Source of the DNA: Antedon mediterranea
Taxonomy: Eukaryota > Animalia > Echinodermata
Direction of reading: 5' to 3'
DNA: 64,000 nt
Assembly: GCF_964355755.1 (NCBI RefSeq)
Contig: NC_092672.1
Span: 32,246,437 to 32,310,436, forward strand
Position 1 is the stretch's first letter; each line of letters starts with the position of its first letter. The position numbers were made by a program, and so were the translations under genes. Below the pieces are notes generated by a model. That model had not been told where the DNA came from and made no database searches. It was given only the letters and a program-made list of their open reading frames with translations. Below are positions 50,278-64,000 of the stretch, one piece after another.

Positions 50278-51175
50278 ATGATGTTTGAAATTAAGAAAAA
50301 AACTTGTAAAAACCCAAGAGTCAAGAGAATGATTTTTTACCCATACTACTGTATGAAGAAGGTGATAGATAGATATTTACACTGTTGACAAGTACTGTAT
50401 ATGTACCATTGGGTCAATACATTATGATAATAGGTACTTGATCCACAATGTAAACTCAGTTTTCCTACTTTCATTCTAGACTCCATTTTTGCAAATGAGA
50501 ACAATGTTGTTAGCGCACGTTAATAACATACAGTAATGCATACAAGTTTGCATAATAGCGCATATTAATAATATAAAATCGATATTGGGATATTCGGTTA
50601 AAGTTTAATGTCGTGGATCATATTAATGATTTGACCTTTTTCTATGTTCGTATTTAAAAACTATAAGAGTCAAAGGTCATATTGAAGTTACCTACTACTA
50701 CACAGAATTATAAATGTCACATTAATTGAAATATTAGTGTTAACAACTACATGATATTAACAAGCAAATGTATGAATTAAAAAAAATTAAATAATAAAAA
50801 ATAAATGTTGATCTTGCATACATAGGTTAACTAATATGAATTGTTTAAATGTTTTTTTAGTTTGAAAGTTATTAAGAATGAAAATTGTTTGTTTTTCTGG
50901 GGCTAAGCTTTTTATGTTTTTTTTATTTTCTCATTTGCAATAAAATTTCTTTTTCATTTTTTAAATAGATTATTATTATAATAATTTGTTAGGGTTTTTC
51001 CAAATTATCAAAGCACATTACTACCACTGTTTGAAACAGAATATAATGCTAATATTTCTCCCGATAAGTTTCGCACTTCGAGGCAATGTTAAAACTTACA
51101 CAATGTAAAATATATAGTCATCACTTCTCTCAAAACTGAACATCCTTGTCAAGAATGGTCAGTTTTCGAAACCTA

Positions 51176-51412
51176 AAGCCTGTTTCCACTAGGTGAATGT
51201 ATTCGCGGAAAAATTTTGTTATCCTTTTTATTATTTTCTACTGCAAAAGCAAATATATGCAGTTGTTGTTTTGATTACTCATTTCCGGAACTCTGATTGG
51301 TTGTGCAATTTTTTTGCTTTGCAAAATGTAGAAACAGTTTAAAAAAATGCAAAAGACTAAAATATATACATCTTCGATTCATTTATGAAATCTGCTTAGT
51401 GGAAACAGACTT
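51176..51412. mobile_element. Degenerate Harbinger-like MITE
   Basis: AAGCCTGTTTCCACTAGG ... CTTAGTGGAAACAGACTT. Confidence 0.55.
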
Positions 51413-51780
51413 TTAAGATTTCTGCATTAAGAGAGTCTGGTTTTGGGAAGGTCAGTGTATGGAAGGCCAGGGTATGGAAGGCCAAATGAGAAAATATTGA
51501 ATAAAACATAAGCTTAACACCTCTTGCCAATTAGTGCCCTTCCAGTACATTCCAAAATGGTGCATTTTAGCGTTCAGTTGGTTTGTGTATTAGAATATAG
51601 TGTGTTAGATTGAAATAGAAATTTTCAAAAATTAGTTTTACATTAATTTTATATATTTCGTTAATATTGTTGTAAATTCATATATGAATGGATTAGAGTT
51701 GCCTTGTAGATATAGTACTGTATTTGATTTTATATAATTTAATAGTAATACCTCTATCTTAGAATCGTGTTAAAATTTTT

Positions 51781-52040
51781 CTACTGCAGTAACTACATTT
51801 TTACTGTACATTAGTAACTACATTTTTACTGCAGTAACTACATCTTTACTGCAGTAACTACATCTTTACTGCAGTAACTACATCTTTACTGCAGTATAAC
51901 TACATCTTTACTGCAGTAACTACATCTTTACTGCAGTAACTACATCTTTACTGCAGTAACTACATCTTTACTGCAGTAACTACATTTTTACTGCAGTAAC
52001 TACATTTTTACTGCAGTAACTACATTTTTACTGCAGTAAC
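51781..52040. repeat. 20-bp minisatellite (TACTGCAGTAACTACAT(C/T)TT), about 13 copies
   Basis: Directly visible. The unit contains the palindrome TTACTGCAGTAA. Confidence 0.95.
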
Positions 52041-53024
52041 ATGGTTCAATTTGTTTGAATGAAAAAGTTAACTTGCTAAATAATTTATAATTAGGCTTAA
52101 AATTTTAATAACATGTAGTTCTGCAGAAACTGCAGTAGAATAATGTTCACATGGTTATTATTGATCGTATTTAAATAATTATTAGTTAGTGCAAATAATG
52201 ACTGTTCAATATAACGTATTATACACATAGCAGAAGTATAAACTGTATAGGGGTTTTTGAAAATATATAATTTGCAATTTTCTGTCAATGTTAGTGAGTT
52301 AAGCTCTGTCTACACTGTGATGTGCCCATATATGGACATGATGACTAACATATTTGGGCATATCACTTCAATATTTGAGCATATCACATTTTTTGTCAAA
52401 CTAGTTTGATAGCGTAGACAGAGCTTTATACAATGTTAGTTAATGTAAAAATATTTGTCACATTTAAACTTTTAATCTGAAATACATTTTATACAATTAT
52501 AAGACAATTAATACAGAATTAATAGATATATTATTGTACTGACGTATAGGTGCCTGGAGAATACAAAAATAACCCCCTAAAAATAATTTACAGTCAAAAT
52601 GTACCACAGTAAACAACGACCAACCCTAAAGTGGGAACTATGATTTAAATTCCATACCAGTATTTATATATTTTTTTAAAAATACTATACTATTTGGAAT
52701 AATAACACAATTTACAAATGACTGTATTTATAAATATTCAAAAAAACATGTTACAAATATTTTAACATTGTACATTTAGTCACATGTTACCAAAAACAAT
52801 TAAAAAAAACATTTCTATCATATTTATATAGATTCATCGAAAAATTTCAATTTTTGGTTAATTATTATTTTTTCAAACGTTGCAGTTCAAAAAATGTTTC
52901 AATTTGTTGTATGATTTTTTTTTTAAATCATAAATTGGTGTAAATCTTTGATTTTAATTTATTTTCAGTATATAATATATTTTATTTCTTTACAAGCATG
53001 GTTGACTTGAGAATAATTTTGTGA

Positions 53025-53299
53025 GGGCGTGTGTCGCAGTGTGTTGGATTACCGATCATAGGTTTGAATCCAACTCTCGCCGCATTGCTTGTATCCTTAG
53101 GCAAGAAACTTTACTTACATTTGCCTCTCTCCACCCAGGTGTGTAAATGAGTACCCGGTTAGATCAAGACGCAGCTTTGCGCTGATTACTAGCTGCATTA
53201 TGGGAGTATGTTTCTATGTGTTTGATTTTTTTAAATGGTTAATAATGTGAAGCGTTTAGAAGCATTGTGCAATAAGCGCTACAAATATTATTATTATTA
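53025..53299 (+). mobile_element. tRNA-derived SINE with (TTA)n tail
   Basis: Degenerate A/B boxes (GTCGCAGTG, GGTTTGAATCC), conserved-core-like TCCTTAGGCAAGAAACTTTAC..CTCTCCACCCAGGTGTGTAAATGAGTACC, 3' AAGCGTTTAG..TAAGCGCT hairpin and TTATTATTA tail. Confidence 0.75.
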
Positions 53300-53636
53300 G
53301 TGATTGTTCTTTCATAGTACAGGTTTAGAATTTTATATTTACTTATTCATTTTGTTCATCTAGGATTCTTTCAAATTTTTTTTTTTTGTGAAATGGTGGA
53401 GGTTCATTTATAGATTGGTTGATTATTGAAATATAATTTTAAAAGTTTGTAGCCAAGCGATATTCTAACAAAACCCTCTTTCCTGAAGTGCCCTTTTCAG
53501 ATTAAAGATCAGCTGAGCAAGTATGGTAAATAATATAGGCAGTGGCGTAACACAGAGGCCTGAGGCCCCTGGTTTAGGAACCCTACACTGGAAGCCTCAG
53601 ACCTTTTTAGCCTTTTTCAACATATTTTAATGCCTG

Positions 53637-53736
53637 TTTTTATTCGCATGCAACGCGACTCTACAGCTCACTATGTTGGTTGGTAAACACTAACTCAAAT
53701 TTGAGTACGCGACTGCAGTCATGTAATGGCCTTGTT
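53637..53736 (+). mobile_element. Miniature Helentron/DINE-1-like element, copy 2
   Basis: Matches 1281-1388 (CGCGACTCTACAGCTCACTATGT..GTAAACACTAACTCAAATTTG). Confidence 0.6.
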
Positions 53737-54350
53737 CCACTGCACACTGCTGAGACGAGATGGGTTTAGCCAGTGAGCGCTCATAGCCGTTACGCCACTG
53801 ACTATAGGCCTAACTAGCCCAGCTCATGACAATTTTTGGCCTCTGGCTACAGGCTTGTGTAACTTATTACTCTAATAAATATTGTTATTTGTAAACATAA
53901 TGTATTTTAACCATGTTATAATATAGCAAATATAGAACGTTTAAGGAATAGTGTGTAAAAAGAAGAATAACTTAAATATTATATGTTTATTCTTTATCAA
54001 CTGTACTTAGACATGAATTTTACACCAAAATTGATATATAGCATATAAATATATATATATTGTCTATAAATAGTAACAGTGTGTTAAACTGAATCTTAAA
54101 TACTTTATAAACATTAATCAGACTTAGTTACATGTTTGACCGCTTGAGATTCTGTTAAACCATGGAGAAATAGACTTAAACTTAATTAGTATACAGGTTT
54201 TCCTCAAATTAAAAACCACCTTGAGTTCTGTGGTGTTTAGACTTAATTACAGGTTCCCCTCCAAATTAAATACCAATGCAATAGGAATAGGTGGTAATAA
54301 AGCATTGTACTGTAATATTGAATGTTTTACAATTGAGCTCCTGGTATAAA

Positions 54351-54560
54351 TTTTAGGTTAATCCCATCCTAATTTCAGGCTAATCCTAATTTTAGGCTAA
54401 TCCCATCCTAATTTTAGGTTAATCCCAACCTAATTTCAGACTAATCCCATCCTAATTTCAGACTAATCCCATCCTAATTTCGGGCTAATCCTATCCTCAG
54501 TTTAGGCTAATCCCATCCTCAGTTCAGGATAATCCCATCCTCAGTTCAAGCTAATCCTGA
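54351..54560. repeat. 21-bp minisatellite (AGGCTAATCCCATCCTAATTT), about 10 copies
   Basis: Directly visible. Confidence 0.9.
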
Positions 54561-57500
54561 GTTTAGTATGTGGGGAGCCCTTGGGCACTATCAATTGTGA
54601 AAAGTGCTATTAAATTTATTGTTCTATCTTTTTTAATTGTATCCCAGCCTATGCCACCCACAGGAGATTTTATTTTCATGCAGCTGTTGGTATAATCTGC
54701 ATAATTTGCAGATCAAGTCAAGTACAAATCTGCATAAATATTATGCAGATTTATTCAAGTAATTATATTCAAGTAAATCTGCATAAATATTATTTCATCG
54801 CTAATTACAAATGTTTACAAATCTTTAATATTTCATTTGTTTTTTTTTAATATTTGTGTGTTATTACTAATTAATTGAAACTGAAAATATTCCAAAAATG
54901 TTAAGTTGATTGAATAATTGCAATATAACTGTATCTGTAATTGTAATTTTGTCTTTTTTCTTTCATTTGTTTAAAGCGTTTCTGTATTAATAGTTTTTGT
55001 AGTCAGTAATTAATGAAGTAACATATTTGGCACTGTTGTTTACGGCAGGCCTTGTCTTTTAAGGCGAGCAAGTGTGATCACTTACCTAACACACTCCTAA
55101 ATTGCCCTTGAGGAGTGCGATTTACAAACTTGGTAAACTTATACACACCAACATACAAACAGCACACCTACAGTACCCCTGAATGTATTGAGGAGGAATT
55201 TGTAGCACACATATGATTTTCAAAAAGACAAGGCCTGTTACAGTATCTCTATTGAGATCCAGTCACTGTTCCACTGGCTGTTGTTTAGTAGCTCTATTGA
55301 GATCCCGTCACTGTCACCCACACACTGTTAGTAGTATACCTATCTCTATTGAAGTATTTACACTTACCTACCATTATGCATTATATACAAATAAGATTAT
55401 ACAGCTTTTTAAAAAAAATTACGTCACCGAATAACATTTCCACTTCACATTCCCTCTGCAAGGGATTATTTTAACCACACCCTATCCCCACCCAACGCAT
55501 GCAGTTTCTCAAAATACAGTCAGCACTCACAATATGCATCCACCAGTGGAAAGCACATAATTTTCTTTAATGGCCCAGTTTCACAGACCATCACCCCCAC
55601 CCCACAATTTAAGAACTACATGTCTTTTTAATTGTTGTTAATGTTTAGATGGACATAATCAGTGATGAATCTATATATAAATTTACGTAAGGGCAAAATT
55701 CGGTAAATCGCGCGTTATTTCTAGAATGTTTACTCGATGGTATATAAAGTTGGTTCGTACTTTCGATACTGATTTTAACCACCTGATGTAACCCTGTTTA
55801 CTAATTAAATTGAGTTCGATAATTAGTTATTGAAAAGTAAAACGAATTTAGGTTCAATGATTTGCCCCAAATAGGGGTGTTTTCCGATCGTGGTGTACAC
55901 TGTCTAATGAATGTCCATCTTGAAAAATACCCGCATACAATAATACGAGGATGATTCGCATTTTCCTATCTCCTCCTATGATAATTGTTTTTATTGACTG
56001 AAAACTGGTTGAACAGCTCGAGTACAGTATCATAATGTTGAAGACAGGCTGATCCTCTTTAAAAAATACTATTTTGATAGATTTAATATACGTTTATACA
56101 AATGTATTGATTTGCAATGAATGGAACATTCCAAATTATTTGCTTTAACCATGCTTGCATACCTCTATGGTTTAAGCTTGGTTCCCACTAGAACGTAACG
56201 AAAGGACGTAAACGCAACGCAAGCGTTTTAACCAATGACAAGCGAAGTTATAGACAGTTAGCAATCACAAGCGAATAAGCCATTGCTTTTGATTGGTCAA
56301 TTCACTAGTGGGAACCACGCTTTAACACAAGTAGGTAAATTTATGGGCCCTTGGAGAATAAACATAAATAGTATTGTAATGCTATGCAATACTGTAAGGT
56401 ATTAACCACTTTTGATCGCCATATTGAATCGCAAATTTCTTATTGTGTGTGTTGGTACTGTTAGATATAATATAAATAAATAAACTTTCTGTGAGTGTGG
56501 GTAGCCCCTACTTTTAGATTATAAACACATAGTTGCTTCTCAACGTTTGTATTAATTAATAATTACAAAAAATATAAACGTCGTAGTGGTGTATCGTTAC
56601 ACATACTTTACTATTTCAATCAACTATGACAGTGACAATTTTAACAGTTATTAATTCTTTAAATGTTTTACTCTATTTAGTGGTATATTATTTATAGGCA
56701 TATAAAAAAATATTTCGTTACTTAGTGGATAATAAAGAAATATAAAGAATATTTTAATATAAAGAATATATTTTTAAAAATTGTTCCTCTTTGTATCTAT
56801 CCTCATCCCCAACCCTCAACCCTAATGTTAGATACAAAACACAAATTGGGTTTGTTTAAATGAGTCCAAATCAAACATTTGGACTCATTTTGTGACAAGT
56901 TTCTCTTTTGGAAGTAATTCGCAGGGAGATAATTTTGGTTGACTACATAAATCATTGTGTCTATTTATTTTTTTCTGTAAACGACAATGTTTTATATTCA
57001 TGCGGTACGTACATTTGCTCGATCCTGATTTTCAAGATACTAGACTTTTCAACTATCATTTTCATATTCTGTGAAACGAATATATTTTTTACTTTGGCAT
57101 TTCCAGTCCAGTATACAGTACTAGCATGTATCATTAAAAATTGATTAATCACATAAATGTCAGGGGAAAATAAACATGCAGAATTAAATGTTACAATGTA
57201 CTCAAGAAATAAGAGGGTAGCAACACATGCTCTCATGTTTGATTTTTTTCATGTATCAATAAAACATGACCACGTAAAAATCTTACGTAATAAAGTATCA
57301 CATTTTATAGGCAACCTGGGATGGTTGGCTACAAAAAGCCTGTGTAAAAAACCCCCCAATACATGTATACATATTCAGTCAGGCATAGAGGAAACTCTAA
57401 ACCGCCCTACAGTGAACTGGAAAATTAATTTATGAATGGTAAAGATGAGGAAATCTGTAAGGATGAGAAAAAGCTACCCAAACTGAGATTCGAACCCGTA

Positions 57501-58006
57501 ATCATTTGCTTGATATGCAGACATCCTACCATTACACCAGATATATAATGGATACCCTTGGAAGATAACCCCAGTGATTGTCATGATCATTGTAGTTCCT
57601 CCTGTTCATATCAAAATGATTTTTTGGTAAAACAATATTTTAATAAATTTGCTTTTTTTCTTGTAGCCCACAAGGAAACCTTCAGTAAAGTGTGATGTGC
57701 CCATATATGGTAGTGATACACCCAAATATGGTAGTTATATAACATCATCATGTCCATACATGGGCACAACACATTGTTTTTGTCACATAAAGTTTAATAG
57801 TGTGGACAGAGCTTTAGGAAAGGATTTCTTCCCTGTTTAGATTTGAGTGTGAAAATAGGCTTCAAGCAACCATACATTTACAAAAGTAATGTCATGTATA
57901 TTTCATCTATTAACATTACTGTATCATTCTGTAATACTAGATAAATCTCATTGAAAAATCACACAGTAGGTAAAAGTTTTATTTCTTAAATATAATTAAG
58001 ATATAT

Positions 58007-58326
58007 GGGTGAGTGGCCGAGCGGTTAAGACAGTGGAACCGTAATCACGTAGCCATAACATCGGCAGGGGTTCGAGGCTCACTCACTCCATAGTTCTGGT
58101 GGTAGAACGAGTCTTCTCGGATAAGGACTATAAACCGTAGGTCCAGTGTACACAGCTTGCTCGTGTGCACTTTAAAGAACCTAGTACATCTTTCGAGACG
58201 AGTAGGGGGTTACCCCGGTGTATTAGTACATCACAGCCACTGATCACCAACTGGGCCCTCTGGGAGATCAGTCTTTGACTGAAGAGGTCACCCAGTATAA
58301 AGATAAAACAAACAAACAAACAAACA
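58007..58326 (+). mobile_element. tRNA-derived SINE with (AAAC)n tail
   Basis: A box TGGCCGAGCGG, B box GGTTCGAGGC, central GGATAAGGACTATAAACCG..TTAAAGAACC..GAGTAGGGG, tail (AAAC)5. Confidence 0.8.
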
Positions 58327-59677
58327 ATTTTTAACCATGTTAAAATATATTGATACAAATATACAATACTTATTTTAGAGATCAAAGATCATATCTTTTA
58401 TCAACTGTTTTAAAAATACATAAAATTGGGACACAACCAATCGAGTGTTGTGATACCTTCAGAAATGACAACAAATTTCGGTAGTCATTGAAATACCGGA
58501 ACACATACAACAGACAGGTTTTTGAGCATGTGCAGATGTTGGATACACTTCACTTCTTGGGAGTCTTTGGTGCTGTACCAATTTTTATTTCTTATCCTAC
58601 TAATGCAAATTACATTTTTCTATTCACACATTTTATCAGCTGCTTTATTCAGTACAGTATAATGTATTTACACTCAAACCTCTCTAGACCACCCCCCCCC
58701 CCCCCACCTTAACCCTAACAACCAACCTCCCACCCCTACAGCCAAATTGTAGTGCAGGAGTTCACAACAGTTTGGGCTTTAATGTGTTACAGGTGTTTAA
58801 AAATAATATTGTTTGCCAAATCCCCATAATTACAGAGTCATCATCCTTGGAAAGTCAACGGTTTGGTTAAATCTTCGCAGGGCATATAAAATGTGCTCAT
58901 GTACCTGATTTGGCCAGCAGGCTGCGAGGACCCCGTGTGGTTGATCATTCTACATTTAAATAATTTCAAACTGAGTACCCGTTATAAATGGACATTAACA
59001 TTCAAGAATCACTGTATTGTGGTAGGCTTATTTCAATCCTGTACATTAATACTCGAGTACTGTTATCCACAAAATATGGAATAAAACAATTATTTTCCAT
59101 AAAATTATTAAATTTACTTTTTTAAAAAAAATGTTCAAAATTATCATTGAAACTAATAGTAAAATAGTAGTTTTTAAAAGCTTTTGTTTATGACACAATT
59201 TATGTACATAATTAAAATGTATGCAAATGTGCAATCTGCATATATTTTTAAAATGTATAAAATTACTACTACACATTTGATGAGAGTAAGGAAAAATTGA
59301 TAAGACAATTAACTGATTTGGAATTTTAGGTAAAATATTAAAGTACTGCAATGTTAGCCCCATTTTTAATTGCACGACTGAAGAGCAGAATTTGGTGTTG
59401 AAGCAATTACCTATCACAACAGCAACTTGTTTCTAATCATGCTCAGATAATCTGAATACTTAATGCTCTATTACCCTATTAACATTTCAACAAGCTACAC
59501 CATTTCACAACGACTGGTTTACTTACTCGGACTGCTGACCCTATCAGCACACAAATATTATAAATATAATTTCACCTATTACATAATGGAATAACCCTGT
59601 TTTTATTTAATACCCTGTCTTTCAATATATAAAAATATATATTTTTCTTTATTAATAAATAAATTTAATTGATTTGA

Positions 59678-62432
59678 TTATTTTGAGTTGGAAGAATGTG
59701 GATCTGTTGATGATTGTCCGTAATTTTCATTAACAATGCTTGTTCCGTTCTGCGCTACGAAGGTATACGGAGGTGGAGGTTCATCTATTATTTGAGTTGT
59801 TGGTATAAGTAGCAAATTATTGCTGTACAGTGATTGGTTCGCACTTGGCAACGATGAAGTCCTATTGGATGGGTAGTCATCACCCATGACTTGGTGAAAG
59901 TCAACAGTGCCTCCAACGTTCAACTGGTCCTGCATGCTCTGCGAAGCACTTCGGTCAAGTGGCTGGAATCGAACGTTTACGTTTTGTCTTCTTGCACGAC
60001 GCTCGGCCTTCCAACGCTGATAACGGCGCAAGCCAAAGTATTCGACGACGAGCAAGAAAACTAAAACTATTATACTAAGAGCTGTAATTAAACTCGCTGA
60101 AACGCTTTGTCCGCCAGAAATTACGATATCTGAAATGATATAATACAGTAACAATCTTAACTATTAGTTTTTAATTTTTATATCATGTTAAAGGCTGCAG
60201 TAGTGAATTGGTTGTTTATGGATTTGTTGTATGTACAATTTATGTTGTAAAACTTATTTCTGGCGTTACCATTTTATTTTTACCATTGTTTAAAAGCAAG
60301 AAACTCATCATTATAAACAACTCTAATTGGAAAAAAAAATAAAAATCAAAATTTGGTCTTTTATTAGAGGGAAAATACATTATCGTAACAAATTACACTT
60401 ACTAATTTCACAGTCTGCCCAGACTTCATCTGTATGTGAGCAATCATGTGTTTCTTCCAACCCTTTAAATGCACAGTCCAAAATATTTTTTTCCATACCC
60501 GTGCAACTAATATCTTCTATAAATATCGGACGTTCGACATCATTGTTGTCTTGCATGCTTTTATACGCATTAATAGCTTGCGAGTTTAAATATGTTTTGC
60601 AGACGATATTTGCATCTGCCATCGTCCAGTCCCTATCGCAAATTGTTCCCCATTCTCCATCGTGATATATTTCGACGCGGCCTTGCTCAAAGTGAGCTCC
60701 TCCGGTGAGCCGTAATTTTATTTCTAAAAAAAACATAGAAAACTGATAAAGCAACTATTAAATTATATAGAAATGCCAAGGGAATTAGATGACTCGTTGC
60801 CAATATTGGTACTTTCCATTCAATAGAAAACTAGTGAAGCGTGTTAATTTGAAAAGGCCTAACCAATATCTTTTTTAGGCAAGCACCATTATAAAAACAA
60901 TAATCAACAATGGCCTTGCAATCTGTTATTTAATCTACCAAGCTGTAGTTAGTTCAGAGTGATTTAAAATCAATCCCTTTTTTCTTATTTTGTGTAATGG
61001 CTTGTTGATTGCACACACTGTAGATCTTCTGTATAGACAAAGGTCCCTCCTCAATGTGCACATATACTATTGTTGACTGGATAGCAGTTAATGGAACACA
61101 CCAACATCATACCATGGAGTTTACCCAATCATCATGTTAGGCCAAGTTGTTACACTGGGCCTATACAGTACCAGCGAGCCTAATTGAACAATAAATCCAT
61201 ATAAAATGGACAGAGACAGATCCGGGAATGCACTCCCCTTTTGACAGTTGAAATGAAATTATGATAGATAGAAATTTTTGATAGACTATATTATTTATGT
61301 TAGTAATCCTGGATTATAATGAATCTTCCCTTGATGGATATTGATAATGTTTTAATGTTAAGTTTATCTTTTAATAATGTACCGTCAAATCCTGAACATT
61401 CCAGCCACAATCGGTTATCATTTGAGCAATTTGTTATTGAAATGTATGGACACTGTAGAAGAGAATCTTCATTTCCAATGCAAGCAAATTGAGTTGATGA
61501 TGATGGTGCTTCCAGCAGGCTACTGTTCCAGTGCATGTTCTTCTTGGGTAGGCCTAGGTCAAGTTGACGACACGCTACTGCAGCATTCTCGTTGTACGAC
61601 CCTGCCCAGCTTTGCTTGCACACTGATATCCATTCAGTATCTGGGGCTAACCTCATTATCAGATACCCATTCAGGTCAGAAGTACCCTGGGTAAGAGCGA
61701 CCAATGGATCTAAGGGAGATTTAAAAAAAGAATAATTTAATCAAAAATTAGGAATTAATCTAAAAATAGATGCATTGATTATGTTTAAATAACAGAATCT
61801 CCAAATAATATTGGATGATCAAATAAAGATTAAAACGTTTAAATTATTCATTCCCTCTCATTTGGAGTTTTATTAGGCCTATATAATTATTCTATATTTA
61901 TACATTTATTATAAAAAGGATCTCCAGTCCAACAAGGAAAAAAAAAGATGCAGTCGTATCGTAGTGTCAGTATACTATAAATATAATGGCAAATGGTAGA
62001 ATTTATTACACGCCTGGGCCTAACAAAAATAATCAATTATTATTAATAATAATCCGATCTTTTATGTTTTTTTAATATAATGATTGCAATAAAGATTATT
62101 TTTAATATATTATTAATATTGTGTATTGTTATTAATTTTATTATTTAAACAAAATTAAATATTACTTTATAAGCATAATAGAGGTCTAGACATTACATGT
62201 TGTTCTATTATTGGATTTATGCCCACCTGATATATTATAGTATGCAAAGCATGTATAATAATGTAACCCGAAAAACCTAGGCCTATAGCTTAGCTAGCGT
62301 AGGCCTAGACTCAAACTTACTCTGAAAATATTCAGCAACCGCCGATTCAGCATACCACCTCATCAAACAAAACCAGCAAAACAGCCACGGTAAGGAAAAT
62401 ACTTTCGCTGTTCTTCTACAGTCCAAATTCAT
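59678..62432 (-). CDS. Type I membrane scavenger receptor cysteine-rich protein (signal peptide, 2 SRCR domains, TM, PPxY tail), 403 aa; exons 62432-62321, 61709-61383, 60723-60403, 60129-59678
   Basis: LRLTGG..GRVEIYHDGEWGTICDRDW..ANIVC is an SRCR signature. Both domains have 6 Cys (group A) and sit on phase 1-1 exons. Hydrophobic N-terminus, TM LITALSIIVLVFLLVVEYFGL then RRYQRW. Junctions are in frame (1212 nt). Confidence 0.88.
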
Positions 62433-62785
62433 TGTTTTACTAGACTACCCTACTAGTAGCCTAAATCGACCCAAGGAAATAACATCGTAGGCCTATATTA
62501 TACACCAATACAACAAGTAGTAAATACAATTACACAAAATCAAATGTAAATTTCATTTACGCCATAAATATAGGTCAAATCTCAAGGTTATTGCGAATTG
62601 CTCGGTCTGCATGTGTGGTTGTCTTCGTGTTGATAAATACGTGACCTTGTGAATCTCCCGTTGTTTTGTTTTGTATAGATGATTGACATTTCCGGTGGTC
62701 CTGGTGATCAATGGAGCGTATCGACTTCTCGCGCTGGTTTTAAAAATTCTTTCTTTTTAATTTCAATTGTTGTATATTAATTTAA

Positions 62786-63235
62786 ACATAGAGATACTAT
62801 AGTTCACTATAATATCTCTATGATTAAACATTATCCAATCTCCAAACATCTCTACTATTAGTATTACTGCATCGATCTTTTAATAACATCAGTGACATTC
62901 ACTCACAATTTGTCACGTCATAGTCTATATGGAGGTTATACCTCCATGGTCTATTGATGATGATTAAGAATTGTGTTGTACATTGTAATGTATGTAAAGA
63001 CATAGAGGTAGTATAGTTCACTATAAATATCTCTATGATTTAAATATTATCCAATCTCCAAACATCTACTATTATTACTGCATCGATATTTTATTAACAT
63101 CAGTGACATTCACCATGGATTAAAGTTAGGCCTACATGCATTCACTCACAAGTTGTCTATTGATAATGAGGAATTGTTTAACATTGCAATATAGTTTGTA
63201 AAGACATAGAGTGAACTATAATAATATCTTTATGG
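62786..63235. repeat. About 210-bp tandem duplication with a hairpin in each unit
   Basis: CATAGAG..TATAGTTCACTATA..CTCTATG at 62788 and 63001, with an inverted-loop variant at about 63205. ATTATCCAATCTCCAAACATCT is repeated. Confidence 0.65.
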
Positions 63236-64000
63236 TAAAGAATATTAGTAGGGCCTACTTTATGAATTTTATCTTGAAGCTAAATGTTGCTGTCCGGCTA
63301 AAGCCCGTTTCACACTGGATTGGATCAGTGTTTCGCCCACGTACAAAATTGTTTTTTTAATTAGGCTAATCTTAAATAAACATAAATATTAATTGTACTT
63401 AAAAATAATATAAAGTACGATAGTCCTTTATATTAAATGAATTTTCAGATGAAAATGTGCTAGTCGGGTTCAACAGATACAATATAAAAATATATTTCTC
63501 CGGCCCTTTTTTAAGATAAAATTAATTTATTATTAGTAAATATTAAAATGATATTTTTGTACTTTAAAGTACTTCAAGTCCATTTTGAATTTTAATAATA
63601 ATTAATAAATCAAATAATTACATTTAAAAACCTATTTATCATGACTGATCAAAATGTCCCGTACCGTACTTAACATGCCCCGTACGCCACAGGAGTATGT
63701 TTTGCTAATTTTTCATTACGGTACATAATCACTATTATTTTATATTTGCATATGGTAACTTGATAAATGTAGCATGCATGTACCTCATCAATATATTCAA
63801 TGCCCTCTTACTTTCAGAGACCTTTGACTGCAATTTCCTCTGGTACCGTACGGTCACAAATATGTTAATTAGCAAACAATTTCGTTAATGGATGAAAAAT
63901 TATTTGTATATATTTCGTATATATAAAGAGGTACCAATAATAAGTATAAGTAAAGTTTAAGTGTTGCAAAAAAAAAACAGACTAGGGATGATGTTGACTG

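Noticed and set aside
58007-58095. tRNA gene
   Set aside because: A/B boxes are present but there is no clean cloverleaf. It continues into a SINE body and (AAAC)n tail.

Overview
AT-rich, intron-rich animal genomic DNA, probably a marine invertebrate deuterostome such as an echinoderm (inferred from gene structure and repeat content; species not determinable). Five spliced genes can be assembled by hand. (1) The 5' end of an ECE/neprilysin-like type II membrane protein (-), with three phase-compatible candidate first exons. (2) PPP1R35 (+). (3) TDP-43/TARDBP (-). (4) AGTRAP (+), which is almost invisible in the ORF track and carries a textbook U12-type intron. (5) A two-SRCR-domain type I receptor (-). 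The dominant structure is an 11.7-kb non-coding foldback-type element (30949-42673, 9-bp TSD GAAGATCAT). It is built of about 63 copies of a 180-182-bp unit arranged as a giant palindrome and sits in what would otherwise be a very compact TDP-43/AGTRAP head-to-head promoter. TDP-43 also has an in-frame distal terminal exon followed by (UG)6, predicting a short isoform without the low-complexity domain and possible autoregulation. Many MITEs, Helentron-like elements, SINEs and minisatellites fill the rest. All exon models and family assignments come from manual reading and recalled homology, not database searches.
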